Shown piece after piece: positions 31,374-43,178 of a DNA stretch of 64,000 nucleotides. Each line of letters starts with the position of its first letter. Position 1 is the stretch's first letter. The stretch is from assembly GCF_000738915.1 (NCBI RefSeq), contig NW_026515634.1:310001-374000 (forward strand), written 5' to 3'. The notes beneath the pieces are model-generated. The model was not told the origin of the DNA, made no database searches, and saw nothing but the letters and a program-made list of their open reading frames with translations. Made by a program: the position numbers and the translations under genes. Source of the DNA: Nematocida ausubeli. Lineage: Eukaryota.

Positions 31374-31862
31374 ATGGCATCTGAAAGCGGGGCAGTTTTA
31401 ATAACTCCTTTTGAAGCTGTTATGAACAAAGACACCGGGCATGGCGAGATTGTGCTTAGAAATGTGACGAAAAGCAGCTATGCGTTCAAAATTAAAACAA
31501 CACATCCGACAAGCTACAAAGTTAGGCCAACCATTGGCATTATAGAGGGAGGGAAATCGCAGATTATCGTGATAGAAATCATTGATCCGCACATTGAGCA
31601 GGATCTGAGTACCCACAAGTTTCTCTTCCAGTTTGCAGAAATGGCGCAGGAGCTTAAAACCGAAAGTCTTCGGCAGATCTTTCTACTGAAGGGAGTAAAG
31701 ATAATAGAGCAGCGCGTAAGCATCAGGTATTCCAGTCCGCTTGTTAACCAAGAGATATCCGATAGCAAGGCACAGGAAGAAAGCCTGTTTGTGGTTGCTG
31801 CAAGTGTGTTTATTATATATAGTACGCTTGTGCTTTTTAGAAATCTTCTGTTTGGTATTTAA
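31374..31862 (+). CDS. SCS2: VAP/Scs2 family protein (MSP domain, C-terminal TM)
   Basis: AFKIKTTHPTSYKVRP, HKFLFQ, tail anchor. Confidence 0.88.
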   Translation: MASESGAVLITPFEAVMNKDTGHGEIVLRNVTKSSYAFKIKTTHPTSYKVRPTIGIIEGGKSQIIVIEIIDPHIEQDLSTHKFLFQFAEMAQELKTESLRQIFLLKGVKIIEQRVSIRYSSPLVNQEISDSKAQEESLFVVAASVFIIYSTLVLFRNLLFGI

Positions 31863-32322
31863 ATTTTGTCTCCATATCCCCAAGAATGAAAAGTCTTCAC
31901 TAGCTGCTGCAAAAGGTATACTTTATATTAAGCGTATTCAATGAAAATAAAACAAGATATATAAGACATATCCATATTCAAGCGCATGTTCCAATGTATA
32001 TACTCTATTCATACTAAGAAAGAAAAGCACTTCCTTTTCTAGAATAACTTTCTTCTATGTATTCGAAGTACTGCTGGCTATTAAAGAATCTTGCAGACAC
32101 ATATACTTTAAAATACAAATTCAAGGCATGCAGTGCACAAGCATTCACAGGTTTTGATTTATGGCTCAAAGAATATTAGGCAAGCCAAAATTAAAGAGCG
32201 TGCATACTCCACAGCTGCAAACTCAACAAAGCCCGCAGTTCTTCTAAACAGCCAATAGAATGCAGTTTATTTTGACAAGTAAAAATGATTATACTTAAGT
32301 ACAGAAGTAGGAGTGCAAAATA

Positions 32323-33030
32323 ATGGAAGAAAAAAAAGAACAGGACACAATATATGGAATCCCAGTCAAGGACTACATAAACAGTGAAGTACCAATTTTA
32401 GAAGAAAAGACAGAAGAGAAGACAGAAAAAAAGACTGCAATCCAGGAAAGCATAGAAAAGATACAAAAAGAGCAGGCAGCAGTGGAGCACAAGATGCAGG
32501 AGATATATGGCACGGTTGTAAAGAAGTTCGCCAGTTTAGGGATAGACGTGCATAGGTGCACTAAGCTAGATATCCAGGGTGCTGATATGGTGCAGGAGGT
32601 GGAGAGCTTAAAGGAATTTCATGCTGTAAAAGAAAGCAATGCAAGGGCACTTCTGAGGCTGAAAACCAGCAAAACATCTGAGAAGCTTCTAAAGGTCGCA
32701 GAAGGAATAGATGAAGTATGCATCTCTCTAAAGAGCTGGGCTGAGAGAGTTAAAGCATCTGTAGATGACATAGAAAAGGTCATCCAAGCAAGAACAACAA
32801 TAAGCGAACTGCTTGCTGGTGAATACATTGCAGACCGGTATAGGGCATTTGCAGACAGAACAGAGCCACTTACAGAAATGCTTGAAAGTGCAAAGGCAGT
32901 AGTTGAAGCAAATGCAAACATCTACACAGAAAAAGAAAAAGAAGAGATGCTCTTCTCTGAAAGCTTTATAACAATGACAACAAAAGAAGAAAAGGCTTTT
33001 ATGCATCTGATCCTCCAACTTAAGAATTAA
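32323..33030 (+). CDS. Hypothetical coiled-coil protein
   Basis: 235-aa E/K-rich ORF with purine-rich coding-like bias; no motif recognised. Confidence 0.75.
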   Translation: MEEKKEQDTIYGIPVKDYINSEVPILEEKTEEKTEKKTAIQESIEKIQKEQAAVEHKMQEIYGTVVKKFASLGIDVHRCTKLDIQGADMVQEVESLKEFHAVKESNARALLRLKTSKTSEKLLKVAEGIDEVCISLKSWAERVKASVDDIEKVIQARTTISELLAGEYIADRYRAFADRTEPLTEMLESAKAVVEANANIYTEKEKEEMLFSESFITMTTKEEKAFMHLILQLKN

Positions 33031-33071
33031 TTAAATATATATTTAGCATGTGATGACATCAAAAAAATTTT

Positions 33072-34793
33072 ATGGGTTTAATTATAAAGAACGGTGTGAA
33101 AGCCATTTCGGATGGCAGGGTTCTAGAAGCCATTGTATGGCTGATTTTCATGCCTCTGACCATTATTATTGAGGTGCTTATAGTTCAGTTTTCTCTAAAT
33201 CTGATGCAGGCGTTCAGGAGAATAAGGCAAGTGGCTAGATTTAGAAAAATCACAGTAAAGACCAATGAAACTTTTAATGACCCAAAGAATGCATACAACA
33301 ATCTGACTAAGGCATTAGAAAAGATAATAAGCAATATTTATGCTGCAGTGAAAGCACATGCTCCAGTTTTAGACATTTTTAGTAACCAAGGAGGAGATAA
33401 AGACTCTAACAGAGAAAATAATACTAAAGACTCTAACAAAGAAAATGAAAAAAAGAAGACGGCAAAGTCTTACAGTAGAAAAGAAAAAAAAAGAGGAAGC
33501 CGCGTAAAAGCAGTAATCATTGCTGGATTAGAGGTGCTTGAGAGCATATATGGAAAACTAATAGATAAGCTACTGAGCCTAGTAGGCAAAGCAATAATAT
33601 ACTGCATATGTGGAGTTTTGGTCATGCTAGTTATAACAGTAAACGTACTTATGTACTTTATAAAATATGCGTTTAACATAATGCGAAGCATGCTAGAGAA
33701 AATTCCTTTTGTAGGCGATTTTATAAAGGAGATTCCTAAGCCTTCATATATGTTTCAAAATATTGCAGATGAATTGTCGAGTATTATTTACCCAGATGAA
33801 GACAACTGTATTTATCAAATGCAAAAGAATGTTATAGAATCTCATAAAACTAAAAAGGAATCACTAAGCAAAATAATGACATCATATGTAGACCTGTGCA
33901 TTCTTATCACAGCAAACATTTTCTGCATTTTAATTCGAACAATTGGGGAGATTGGAACCGTCATATGCGATGGAAACAACTACACCGTCTTCACAGCTGG
34001 AATTTTGTCAATTCTAGCAGGAGTGTGTGTACTTGCATCCCCAAGCATTGTAAACCCACAGGATTACTCAATGCTTGCGCAGACAAAGCCGCTGTGGGTC
34101 TTCGCAGAAAAAATGTGCCTGTTGCAAGGTTTGTTCTTCGCATCGTGCACAGTGGGCGCTGTACTGTATTGCATATCACTCCTCAAGAACAAGGATATGA
34201 CTGAGCAGAGTGTAAGAAGAAACGCAAAGAGTGAGAGAGACGAGTTCAAGTTTGTGGTCCTCAACATGCTTGCTGTGGTCTGTGCGTTCTTTGCCTGCGG
34301 TGCACTTGGGAACGTCCTCATAGCAGGACCTGCTGATATGTTTAGCACCTTGCCAGGTCTCTTTGTATATGCAATGATCATAGGAGCTGTGATAGACATA
34401 AAAAACATACTTTACAAGGTATCTATAAGCCAAGTAAAACAGCTGAAGGGGATTCTTGTATCTGTGCTTGTGGCTGCAATGTACTACGCATCAGTCACAT
34501 CTTCCATTCAGCTAGTTCCATGCATTCTTCTTGCAGTAGCTTTGTGCGTGTGTGCTCTGCCTGTTCCCAAGAATAAGGATGATATTTTGCCGTTTAACAA
34601 CAAAAAGATGCGGATACAGCAGGTATCGTACCTTGTTGTGCGCCTAGTTATCATAGGAGCACTGATCATGGTTGCAGAGCCCAGTGTGGCCACTGTTGTA
34701 TTCAGGCCCTTTTTATACGCAAACCTTTTAGTAAAATGGGCATACAATGGCTTGATTGCCACAGGCGCTTTCTATGTCTTTGAGAAAGTATAG
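33072..34793 (+). CDS. Hypothetical multi-pass membrane protein
   Basis: 573 aa, about 10 hydrophobic segments, ATG preceded by AAATTTT; short 27-nt-period duplication (KDSNRENNT/KDSNKENE) at 33399-33446. Confidence 0.8.
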   Translation: MGLIIKNGVKAISDGRVLEAIVWLIFMPLTIIIEVLIVQFSLNLMQAFRRIRQVARFRKITVKTNETFNDPKNAYNNLTKALEKIISNIYAAVKAHAPVLDIFSNQGGDKDSNRENNTKDSNKENEKKKTAKSYSRKEKKRGSRVKAVIIAGLEVLESIYGKLIDKLLSLVGKAIIYCICGVLVMLVITVNVLMYFIKYAFNIMRSMLEKIPFVGDFIKEIPKPSYMFQNIADELSSIIYPDEDNCIYQMQKNVIESHKTKKESLSKIMTSYVDLCILITANIFCILIRTIGEIGTVICDGNNYTVFTAGILSILAGVCVLASPSIVNPQDYSMLAQTKPLWVFAEKMCLLQGLFFASCTVGAVLYCISLLKNKDMTEQSVRRNAKSERDEFKFVVLNMLAVVCAFFACGALGNVLIAGPADMFSTLPGLFVYAMIIGAVIDIKNILYKVSISQVKQLKGILVSVLVAAMYYASVTSSIQLVPCILLAVALCVCALPVPKNKDDILPFNNKKMRIQQVSYLVVRLVIIGALIMVAEPSVATVVFRPFLYANLLVKWAYNGLIATGAFYVFEKV

Positions 34794-34970
34794 AAAACAG
34801 AGATAGAGGCATTAAATCCTGCCATACTCTGCAAGTAATAAAGATCTGTCCATTCATATGTTTATTTTTTCTATGGATAAATATGCAAAGGTCTGCCATA
34901 GTAATGCAGGCGTGTACTCCTGCTGCGCGCTATTCAAAAATATGCAGTTGTGTGTAAGGGCATATCTGTG

Positions 34971-37900
34971 TTATATCTTCTTCCAGGTCTCCAGCCGCAT
35001 CTGCACAGATATGCACATTGTCATCATTTCCTGCACTAGGAGCTTGAATGCGTACGGCATATAGACCATGCTGACATTTGTTCGGGTTCCGCACAGCTGG
35101 CACAGGTAGAGGCCTCGGTCCTTATTCCCTGCGCAGAAAAGCCCGCAGTCATTGCAGATAAACACCTCAAACTTGTCGCTCACATCGCACAGCCGCTCCT
35201 TAAGGAACATTGCAGCTCCGTGCGAGATCATGCAGTCCCTCTCCATTTCTCCAAACCGAAGACCTCCATCTCTGCTTCTTCCCTCCACAGGCTGCCGTGT
35301 CAGAATCTGCACAGGCCCGTGGGCACGTGCGTGTATCTTGTCTGCCACCATGTGCTTCAGCCTCTGGTAGTATGTGGGCCCAATGAATATCTGGCTGCGC
35401 ATTTTCCGTCCAGTAAATCCAGAGTACATCACTTCAAATCCTCGCTTTTGGTATCCGTGCTTCTGCAGCTCCTCGCTGATCTCTTCCACGCTCAGACCTG
35501 TAAACGGCGTTGCGTCTCCTTCCTTGCCCGTCATGCAGCTCACCTTTCCTAGAAGACACTCCACCAGATGCCCGATCGTCATTCTGCTAGGAATAGCGTG
35601 CGGGTTTATGATAATATCTGGAGTGATCCCGTCTGCAGTGAAGGGCATGTCCTCTGGCGAAAGCATAATTCCAATTGTTCCCTTCTGCCCGTGCCTTGAT
35701 GCAAACTTGTCTCCCATCTGCGGGGTTCGGGCAGACCGCACCCGGATTCTTGCATATCTGTACCCATCCTTTGTGGTGAGAATAACCCTGTCAACCACTC
35801 CGCTTTCTGTTCCACGCATCGTAGTGCTTGCATCTTTGTATCCATCTGGCGTGCTTACTGCTTTTCCAATAAGAACATCCTCTCCAGAGACACGTGTTCC
35901 AGGAGGAACAAGCCCATCTATATCAAGCTTCTCGTAGTTTGCGTTCTTCATTCTCTGCACAGACCTTCTGTCTGGCTTCATAAAGCACTCTTGCTCCTCT
36001 GGCTTGGTTCTGCTCTCCATATCGCTGTATGTTCTATAGAAGAAGCTCCTGAAAAGTCCCCTGTCCACAGCACCGCGGTTCATCACCACACTGTCTTCCT
36101 GGTTGTACCCGCTGTAACAGGCAATGGCCACCATTGCATTCTGTCCGGAGGGAAGCTCTCGGAACTGCAGGAAGTTCATGCTCTGCGTTATCACTAGAGG
36201 CTTCTGCGGGTAGCACAGCACATTGGACAGAGAGTCCATTCGCATGAGGAAGTTAGTGGCGTACATCCCCATGGCCTGCTTACCCATAGCACTCTGGTAG
36301 GTATTTCTAGGCGACTGGTTGTGATCAGGGAAGGGAACCACAGAGGCGCACACACCCAGCATGGTGGCTGGCTGTATCTCACAGTGGGTGTACATGATCT
36401 CTGTGTTTCTGAGGTCGCTTGTTTTAACTGCAATCATGGCCGTTTCCTCCTCCTCCACATCAAGAAACTCAACACATCCGTCTGCCATCAGCTCGTCCCA
36501 TGTGAATGCCCGGTGCCTGTTCGCCTCAAGGAAGTGCTCTATTCTAAGCACCCCTTTCTCAACGATAAAAAGAGGCCTGCATGCTCTTCCTCCGTCTGTG
36601 TTGATTCTGATCTCCTTTTCCCGCAGATCTCGCACAATGCCTATTTCAGACGAAAGCTCCCCAGAGCGGCGGAGGTACTTCAGGGTTCCTATCAGATCAT
36701 CTGGCGAGCGGTGCACACCAACCCACGATCCATTGACAAGAACTTTTGTTGCGCCTGCAATTGCAGTGGGGCTTACTTCCTCAAGCCCTTCAAGCCCGCA
36801 CTCCTCAAGCAGCTCAACCACAATTGAAGAATTGCTTCCCACTGAGATGTGCGACATGAGCGCAAAGTTCTTCACAAGCCCACAGGCCTGTCCTTCTGGT
36901 GTTTCAGCCGGGCAGACCATCCCCCAGTGGCTGGAGTGCAGCTGTCTTGGCTTGGCAAGCTTTCCATCTCTTCCAATTGGCGTGTTGACCCTTCTCAGAT
37001 GGGACAGCGTGGATATGTAGTTATACCGGTTCAGCACCTGTGCCACTCCAGCCCGCGCCTGCATGCTCTTTGACTGCTCGCCCCAGTTTCCTGTTGCAAG
37101 CGAGTATCTTAGGCCGTTTGTGAGAGTTGATGTGCGCAGGCCCACTATAAGGTTGAGGTCTTTGTTCCCATCTATGCATCTCTGCATGTACTTTGCCAGC
37201 TCATTGCTCATCTTCTTGAAAAGCATCCGGAACAGTCCTGCCATCAGCGGCCCTGCAAGATCAAGCCTCTTTCTCCCGTAGTGGTCTCTATCCTCCTCAG
37301 ACCGCCTCCCAAGCGCCACCATCAGCAGCTTATTGATTGTGTATCCGAGCAGATACGCCTTCTTTGTCTCGCAGAACTCCTTGGTTCCTACGTGCGGCAG
37401 GAACTCTCTCTGGAACAGATCCTTTGCAAACTTTATTCTCTTCTCCTTGCTGAACCCAGCTGGCGCAACTCTCTTCCCAATGTAGTCCAGCGCAACTCCC
37501 TGGTCCTGGATCACAAATGCCTCCTCAATGCTGGGCCGGAGCATGCTGAGCATTTCTGTGTCTGAAAAGTCATAGCATATGTGCTCAAGAATCTCCTTGT
37601 CTGACACAAACCCAAGTGCCCGGAAAATAACAACAACCGGCACATCCTGCTTAGCATGCGGCAGCAAAGCACGGAGGAAGTATCCTCCGCCCGAGGCATT
37701 ATCTGAAGACCGTGCAACAAGCCGAATCGTAAGAGAAGATGGCAGGCGAAGCCCGTGATCAGGCACAGATCGCATCTCTGCAGTGTACAGATATGGTGAA
37801 GGAGGGGCCTTCTTAAAGATATACACCAGATTTGACGCCATCCTTTCGTGTGCAATTAGCACCTTCTCAGATCCATTTACAATAAAGTATCCTCCTTGGT

Positions 37901-38384
37901 CGTACGTGCACTCTTCTATTCTGTTCATGTCCTTGTCGTCCGTGTTGCTGTACACGCAGTACAGAGACCGCAGCATGATTGGGATTGAGCCGATGGGCAT
38001 TCTTTTGTACGTTCTGCTCTCCACCTCCTCGTCTCCAATGTGCTCCGTCTTCACTATGTCTATGTACAGAGAGGCTGAGTATGTAAGACTTCTGACACGC
38101 GCGTCGTTTGGGAACATAGGCGATGTTCTTCCGTCTGGCTCTGTGATAGTGGGCGGCTTGCTCACATATATCTGCTTAAACTCTATAGTGTACTTCCTTG
38201 CCTTCTCCTCCTCGCCTGTTGGGCTGTGCGCCATCAGAACAATTTTGGAGTTTTCGTCAACTACCTCCTGCATCGTGCTTTGAATAAACTCGTTGAATGA
38301 GTCCAGCTGCTGCCGCACCAACCCCTTATCCTTAAAAAATGCTGAAACCACCTTCCAGCAGTCCTCCTGTGTTAGTTTGCTCAT
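34971..38384 (-). CDS. RPB2: RNA polymerase II second-largest subunit
   Basis: [56 protein letters not shown]. Confidence 0.98.
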   Translation of the reverse strand: MSKLTQEDCWKVVSAFFKDKGLVRQQLDSFNEFIQSTMQEVVDENSKIVLMAHSPTGEEEKARKYTIEFKQIYVSKPPTITEPDGRTSPMFPNDARVRSLTYSASLYIDIVKTEHIGDEEVESRTYKRMPIGSIPIMLRSLYCVYSNTDDKDMNRIEECTYDQGGYFIVNGSEKVLIAHERMASNLVYIFKKAPPSPYLYTAEMRSVPDHGLRLPSSLTIRLVARSSDNASGGGYFLRALLPHAKQDVPVVVIFRALGFVSDKEILEHICYDFSDTEMLSMLRPSIEEAFVIQDQGVALDYIGKRVAPAGFSKEKRIKFAKDLFQREFLPHVGTKEFCETKKAYLLGYTINKLLMVALGRRSEEDRDHYGRKRLDLAGPLMAGLFRMLFKKMSNELAKYMQRCIDGNKDLNLIVGLRTSTLTNGLRYSLATGNWGEQSKSMQARAGVAQVLNRYNYISTLSHLRRVNTPIGRDGKLAKPRQLHSSHWGMVCPAETPEGQACGLVKNFALMSHISVGSNSSIVVELLEECGLEGLEEVSPTAIAGATKVLVNGSWVGVHRSPDDLIGTLKYLRRSGELSSEIGIVRDLREKEIRINTDGGRACRPLFIVEKGVLRIEHFLEANRHRAFTWDELMADGCVEFLDVEEEETAMIAVKTSDLRNTEIMYTHCEIQPATMLGVCASVVPFPDHNQSPRNTYQSAMGKQAMGMYATNFLMRMDSLSNVLCYPQKPLVITQSMNFLQFRELPSGQNAMVAIACYSGYNQEDSVVMNRGAVDRGLFRSFFYRTYSDMESRTKPEEQECFMKPDRRSVQRMKNANYEKLDIDGLVPPGTRVSGEDVLIGKAVSTPDGYKDASTTMRGTESGVVDRVILTTKDGYRYARIRVRSARTPQMGDKFASRHGQKGTIGIMLSPEDMPFTADGITPDIIINPHAIPSRMTIGHLVECLLGKVSCMTGKEGDATPFTGLSVEEISEELQKHGYQKRGFEVMYSGFTGRKMRSQIFIGPTYYQRLKHMVADKIHARAHGPVQILTRQPVEGRSRDGGLRFGEMERDCMISHGAAMFLKERLCDVSDKFEVFICNDCGLFCAGNKDRGLYLCQLCGTRTNVSMVYMPYAFKLLVQEMMTMCISVQMRLETWKKI

Positions 38385-38560
38385 TCTTAAAAATTAATTT
38401 GCAATAATCTTACTTATAGACGCGGCATATCAAACAGATGGAAAACAGAAGACGCCCTGGCTTGGCACAGCACAGAAGTGATTTATTGCACTGATATTCC
38501 TGCAGTGCTGCCTCTTTGAAATATATAAGCTATTTATGGATGCAAAAAATATTTGTGAAA

Positions 38561-39088
38561 ATGCCCGAGAACACGCTCTTTCATGTGTTCAGCATACCGA
38601 GAGAGACATTTACCAATGACCTTCTCAAAAAAAGCTACCACAGCCTTATCAAGCAGGTCCATCCAGACAAGACGGCCACACACAGCACAGCAGCAGATGC
38701 CGCGCAGTTTATCAACAAAGCATACAAAGTGCTCAGTAACGACTATACTCGAAGTATTTACGAGTATTCACTTGACAATGCAAAAAATCTCGTTGAAAGA
38801 GAAATGCCGCACGGCATAACCACACACTTCTCAACTGTCATGGACCTAGAGAAGGAAAGAGTTGGATGCAATAAGGGCCTAGTCAGTGCAGAGTTTCTTG
38901 ATAGCATACTTAGCCTGGAAGACCAAATTGACTCCGCAGACAGCAGCACACTAGACAGCCTCCAGCAGCATATTATGAAGGAAATCCAGACGTGCAAGGA
39001 AAACAAAAAAAAGGCCACGTGGCTTGCCAGGTGGAGATACTACAATAGACTGCTGGACATCATCCTGCACAAAAGAATGATTGAATAG
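38561..39088 (+). CDS. JAC1: J-domain co-chaperone Jac1/HscB (mitosomal Fe-S)
   Basis: LKKSYHSLIKQVHPD, INKAYKVLS, EFLDSILSLEDQI, RWRYYNRL. Start may instead be 38540. Confidence 0.85.
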   Translation: MPENTLFHVFSIPRETFTNDLLKKSYHSLIKQVHPDKTATHSTAADAAQFINKAYKVLSNDYTRSIYEYSLDNAKNLVEREMPHGITTHFSTVMDLEKERVGCNKGLVSAEFLDSILSLEDQIDSADSSTLDSLQQHIMKEIQTCKENKKKATWLARWRYYNRLLDIILHKRMIE

Positions 39089-39786
39089 AGAAGGATAGAA
39101 GGGTTCTTAAGGAAGACCCGTGCAGCTACCGCAGTGAAAGAAGCACACAACAGTAAATATTACCGCATACTGACTTTTTTATAAACAGCACATGCTGCCA
39201 TCTTAAATAAGTATTGATTATTTTAGTCATCCAAATTTTTTATTTCTGAATTAATTGAGCCCTTTCTGCTTCTATGGAAAGGCAAAGATGCAGAGAGACA
39301 GAAAACTGCAAAATATACATACACTTTGAGAGTTAATATATAAAGGTACACAAATGGCATATAACCAAAATTAAAAATAACCTTGCTTCTAATGCACCTT
39401 ACCACTGCATTTGCATAGTCTGTATTAAAGTGCATTAATTTAATATTGAAATTGCTAGTATTGTTAAGTTGCACTGGATCTATATGATTATGTGCATATA
39501 ATTAATTCCTGCAGAAATGATTCTGTAGTCCTAGGCAGTATTATATGTACAGTGCTTCCACTGTAGAAGACAGCATATCTTTCCATGCATATTTCGCATT
39601 TTAATGTATATACATATAAATTACCATTTGCATGCCTTTTTAGTAGTACTTTAGAATATTTCCACTAGAAGAAATATTTATTTTTCAAGAAATTATTTAA
39701 ACAGAAGCTTCTGTATGCATGATAAGAGGAATATTTATTTTGCGATTTTTCATTTTTTGTGTTCTTGGATTATTAGATGTATCAGA

Positions 39787-39960
39787 TGAGATGCACCCAG
39801 TGCCTGCATACGCCTTACACGGCTCCTTGGAGGGCAGATTTGTGCGGTGGGTGCATGCACTCAAAGAAGACGCAGGCTGCTGGCTGGTTGGTCGTACAGG
39901 CCCTGTGCATGATTTATTTGTGGGTGTCCTTAGGACCTAGTTTCCATAGTAGTGGGAAAA
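39787..39960 (+). ncRNA. Candidate structured ncRNA, family unassigned
   Basis: GC-rich island in AT-rich DNA with nested stems; G-U pairs favour the + strand. See finding. Confidence 0.4.
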
Positions 39961-39980
39961 TAAGTCGACCACAGTTAGTA

Positions 39981-40052
39981 AGCACTGTGGCGCAATGGCA
40001 GCGCGCTGGGCTCATAACCCAGAGGTTGTAAGTTCGAGCCTTACCGGTGCTA
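39981..40052 (+). tRNA. Initiator tRNA-Met (CAT)
   Basis: 72-nt cloverleaf AGCACTG TG GCGC AATGGCA GCGC G CTGGG CTCATAA CCCAG AGGTT GTAAG TTCGAGC CTTAC CGGTGCT A; A1:U72 and three G-C pairs in the anticodon stem. Confidence 0.95.
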
Positions 40053-40061
40053 TTTTTTTTT
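40053..40061 (+). terminator. Pol III oligo-T terminator
   Basis: T9 run directly after the tRNA discriminator base. Confidence 0.85.
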
Positions 40062-40077
40062 GCGTTTATTTCAGCCC

Positions 40078-41196
40078 ATGCACATATTTGTTTCGTTTCC
40101 AGTCGATGAGCATGCCAATGAAGAGTTTCTTCTGCTGAATGTCCGGAAGGGTCTTGGATCCTTGGGGAAAGACTGCGATCTGCTGACCTTCCCTAAGATG
40201 GAAAGTGACTCAATTGACTGTCTCTTTGACTCGGAGGAGAGGATTGTCGCAATTGAGAATCTCCTGGAGGACATAATTAGAAAGTATAGCGTGTCCTACC
40301 ATGCGCTGACAGGAAGAATCCTTGTTGACAGCATTGTGCTTGGAAAGTCCTTTGACCACTTTCTTAAGTCCTTCCAGTGGGACTGCGTGAAATACCCTCT
40401 CACCCTCAAAACCCCAGAGCTTCTCTCTATAATAGAGAGTGAAATGATGGAGGCCATGGAGGCTCTGAAAGAGAAGGAAAAAATGTATGCAGAAGAAAAG
40501 AAGCAGCATGCCCAGAAGACAACGGCAAAACCAAGAATGCATGATGTAGACATAGATGAGCTAGAGCACATGAGCACCAGTGAGGAGGCATGTGCATCTT
40601 TCTTTAAGAAGTACTACATTGGCGTATACGATAGATTAAGAGACAGAGACATAGAAATACTGTCCAGCATAAACGGGCTGTTCATAGAGTCTGGGAAGCT
40701 TGTCCAAACATGCGAAGACGGCGAGATATACGAGTCACTCGGGCGGTGCGACTGCGAGGAGGAAATCACGCGCAGTTTGGAGGCCAATGGCTACATTTCC
40801 AGAAAGTCCAAGCTTACGAAAGAGCAGTACATGCACCAAAAAGAAGAAAGAAAGGAAAGCGCAGTTCATCTAAAAGAGACAGAGTGCGAGTATGAAAGGC
40901 TCATACTTGGCCGCCTTCCTTCTTTGTACACGCTGTTTATCCATATCAAGCACCTAAGCCTGTATATTGAGTCTGTGCTCAGATACGGCCTGCCCTGCAC
41001 CTTCTGCTTTTTCACACTTGAGAGCAAGCACGGCGGCAAGATGATACAAAAATGGAAGAAGCTGGCGGCCACTTGGAAATATTCCAAAAGAATGGCCGTA
41101 GTGGAGAAAACATCTATTTCAGAAGGAAATGAGGCTTTGCATGACTTTGTTTACAAAATGATTGGAGACTTCAATCTAGAAGAGATTAAAGAATAA
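40078..41196 (+). CDS. VMA5: V-type ATPase subunit C
   Basis: FLKSFQWDCVKYP, FIHIKHLSLYIESVLRYGLP; CCC before the ATG. Confidence 0.9.
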   Translation: MHIFVSFPVDEHANEEFLLLNVRKGLGSLGKDCDLLTFPKMESDSIDCLFDSEERIVAIENLLEDIIRKYSVSYHALTGRILVDSIVLGKSFDHFLKSFQWDCVKYPLTLKTPELLSIIESEMMEAMEALKEKEKMYAEEKKQHAQKTTAKPRMHDVDIDELEHMSTSEEACASFFKKYYIGVYDRLRDRDIEILSSINGLFIESGKLVQTCEDGEIYESLGRCDCEEEITRSLEANGYISRKSKLTKEQYMHQKEERKESAVHLKETECEYERLILGRLPSLYTLFIHIKHLSLYIESVLRYGLPCTFCFFTLESKHGGKMIQKWKKLAATWKYSKRMAVVEKTSISEGNEALHDFVYKMIGDFNLEEIKE

Positions 41197-41488
41197 AGAT
41201 TATTTCTAGCCCAATCTACCAGTATATTCAATGATAGCGCAGATTGATAGCCATCCAATGCGTCTTTGCGCTTACTGCATTATTCTAGATGCCTGCAATT
41301 GGCGCATCTCGTGTATTTTTAGTGGCTGTTTGGGAAGACGGACTGCAATGATTCGTCTGTTGTGAAACAATCTTAGCCCAATCCCTGCGGATTGAATAAA
41401 TAGAAAATGAAACACTATTCAGGTAATGAATAAAACACTGTACGGCATATTAGTTCTGCAGTTGGGGAGATGCAAAACACTCACTGAT

Positions 41489-42367
41489 ATGGTGAGGAAA
41501 AGAAAGGTGCCAGCACCAGATCATTCTGAAACAGAGAACGCAAGCGGAAATAGGCAGAGTGCCCAGGTCGAAGAAAAAGAGGAGGATGCATTCTGCCGCA
41601 TATGCTACTCGCATGAAAACCCGCTGGGCCTGCTGAATGACCTAATCAGCCCATGCGGCTGTAAGGGGACCATCAAGTATGTCCACAGGTACTGCCTGCG
41701 CGTATGGCGGTTTAAAGGGAAGCAGGTGAAAGACATCAAGATATGCGAGCAGTGCTTCTGTGAGTATTCAGTGGATGATGAGAAGCAAGTGGGCAGGGCA
41801 GTCGTGACTGTGTCAACAGTTGCAGTTATGATCTCTCTTCTCATTCTCACAAGCATGTTTATCACGTCGACTGCAGACACTGCTAGGTTCATTCTAAACG
41901 ACATCTACACATACATGCATGGCAACTCAAGAATGATTTCTTTTGATAGGCCTATCATTATATGCAACATGGACTCAGTGGTTGCCATGAAAAACAACCA
42001 GAACCCGCTGCGCACCTCTTTTGTTCTCCAGAAAATAGAAAGCTCTGCAGATCCAAACATAGACCACTTCGCAAGCATCAAAAAGAAGTACATCTACAAC
42101 CTAAAGAATATACACCTACTGGACATAGAAAAGGGAGACTCTTTTATGTCAGTGGCCATCATGAGCATGATTTACACAATTGCCTGCGAAGACAATCCTG
42201 TGCTGTTCATTAACTTCGCTCTTTCTTTCTGGAGAATCATCGCATTTGACACCTTTTTTGACTGGTTCCTATATGGGATGATCTGTCTGTATATATACTC
42301 CCAGATGTTTGAGAAAATTTATAAGCTCATCGATAATTACTGCATGTATGTTATCAACGTATGCTAA
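41489..42367 (+). CDS. RING-CH (RINGv/MARCH-type) membrane E3 ligase
   Basis: CRIC..LISPCGCKGTIKYVHRYCL..W..CEQC followed by TM segments. ORF is open from 41426. Confidence 0.88.
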   Translation: MVRKRKVPAPDHSETENASGNRQSAQVEEKEEDAFCRICYSHENPLGLLNDLISPCGCKGTIKYVHRYCLRVWRFKGKQVKDIKICEQCFCEYSVDDEKQVGRAVVTVSTVAVMISLLILTSMFITSTADTARFILNDIYTYMHGNSRMISFDRPIIICNMDSVVAMKNNQNPLRTSFVLQKIESSADPNIDHFASIKKKYIYNLKNIHLLDIEKGDSFMSVAIMSMIYTIACEDNPVLFINFALSFWRIIAFDTFFDWFLYGMICLYIYSQMFEKIYKLIDNYCMYVINVC

Positions 42368-43178
42368 TATGTGCTTGGCCCAGAAGTAAAATAAATACTG
42401 TGAGCTCTGCTTCTTGTAAACTATTTAAACAAAATTTAAATCTTTAAGCTCTTTCTACCAATATAAATAGAGGATGAATCTTTCCCTTGAAATATTAGGC
42501 TTAGTAGTAGTAGACTTTTTGTCAAATTTATTTTTTGTTCTCTATTTATAGACCTTCTACAAGATAATATTAAAATTATATAGAAAGCCTTCAGAAGAAT
42601 ATATTTATGGTCTTATATGGAGATGATTAATTATTAGCTTAAGAACGAATAAAAAATCAAAAGTGTTAAGCCATATTGACTAGTGCATAAGCAAGCATAG
42701 TTTCTTGTAGTAGTTGCTGTACAGCCAGAAACACTGGAAAGGAATAACTAATATCATTCTAGATTTCTAGCCTGGGAGGAGAGTTTTATCTCCTAATGAA
42801 AGATAAAACTAGCATTAAGAATGCATACTGCTCTATATACTTTCATCTGACTCTGTGCTTTAATGTAAACGGAAAATCACACAGGCCTGAGAACCACCTG
42901 TACCATATAATTAAATAAAATGTGCTTTGGATATATTTAGCTCTGTCTTTTTTTGGGAACATAATTAGAAGGGCATAGACTATTTATATTCTAAATATAA
43001 TTTAAAGGAAATTATACGCAGACCCTTTGGTATACGCTGCAAAGAATCCCTTCTAGTGGGCTCCAGCTGCTGTGTTATTCCTTCAGAATGCTTTGCATAT
43101 TTCGTTGCATAAGCACTTATTTTTTGCAGAGTAAAGTAAATAGAATGCATGGTAGAGAATTTTTGTTTATTTCAGAGC

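Noticed and set aside
33399..33446. 27-nt-period duplication
   Set aside because: Two-copy in-frame slippage within a low-complexity loop; not an array or CRISPR.
35152..38283. Multiple 70-220 aa plus-strand ORFs
   Set aside because: Antisense shadows of RPB2.
39719..40031. 73-aa and 84-aa ORFs over the GC-rich island
   Set aside because: No recognisable protein features and one overlaps the tRNA; RNA structure explains the composition better.
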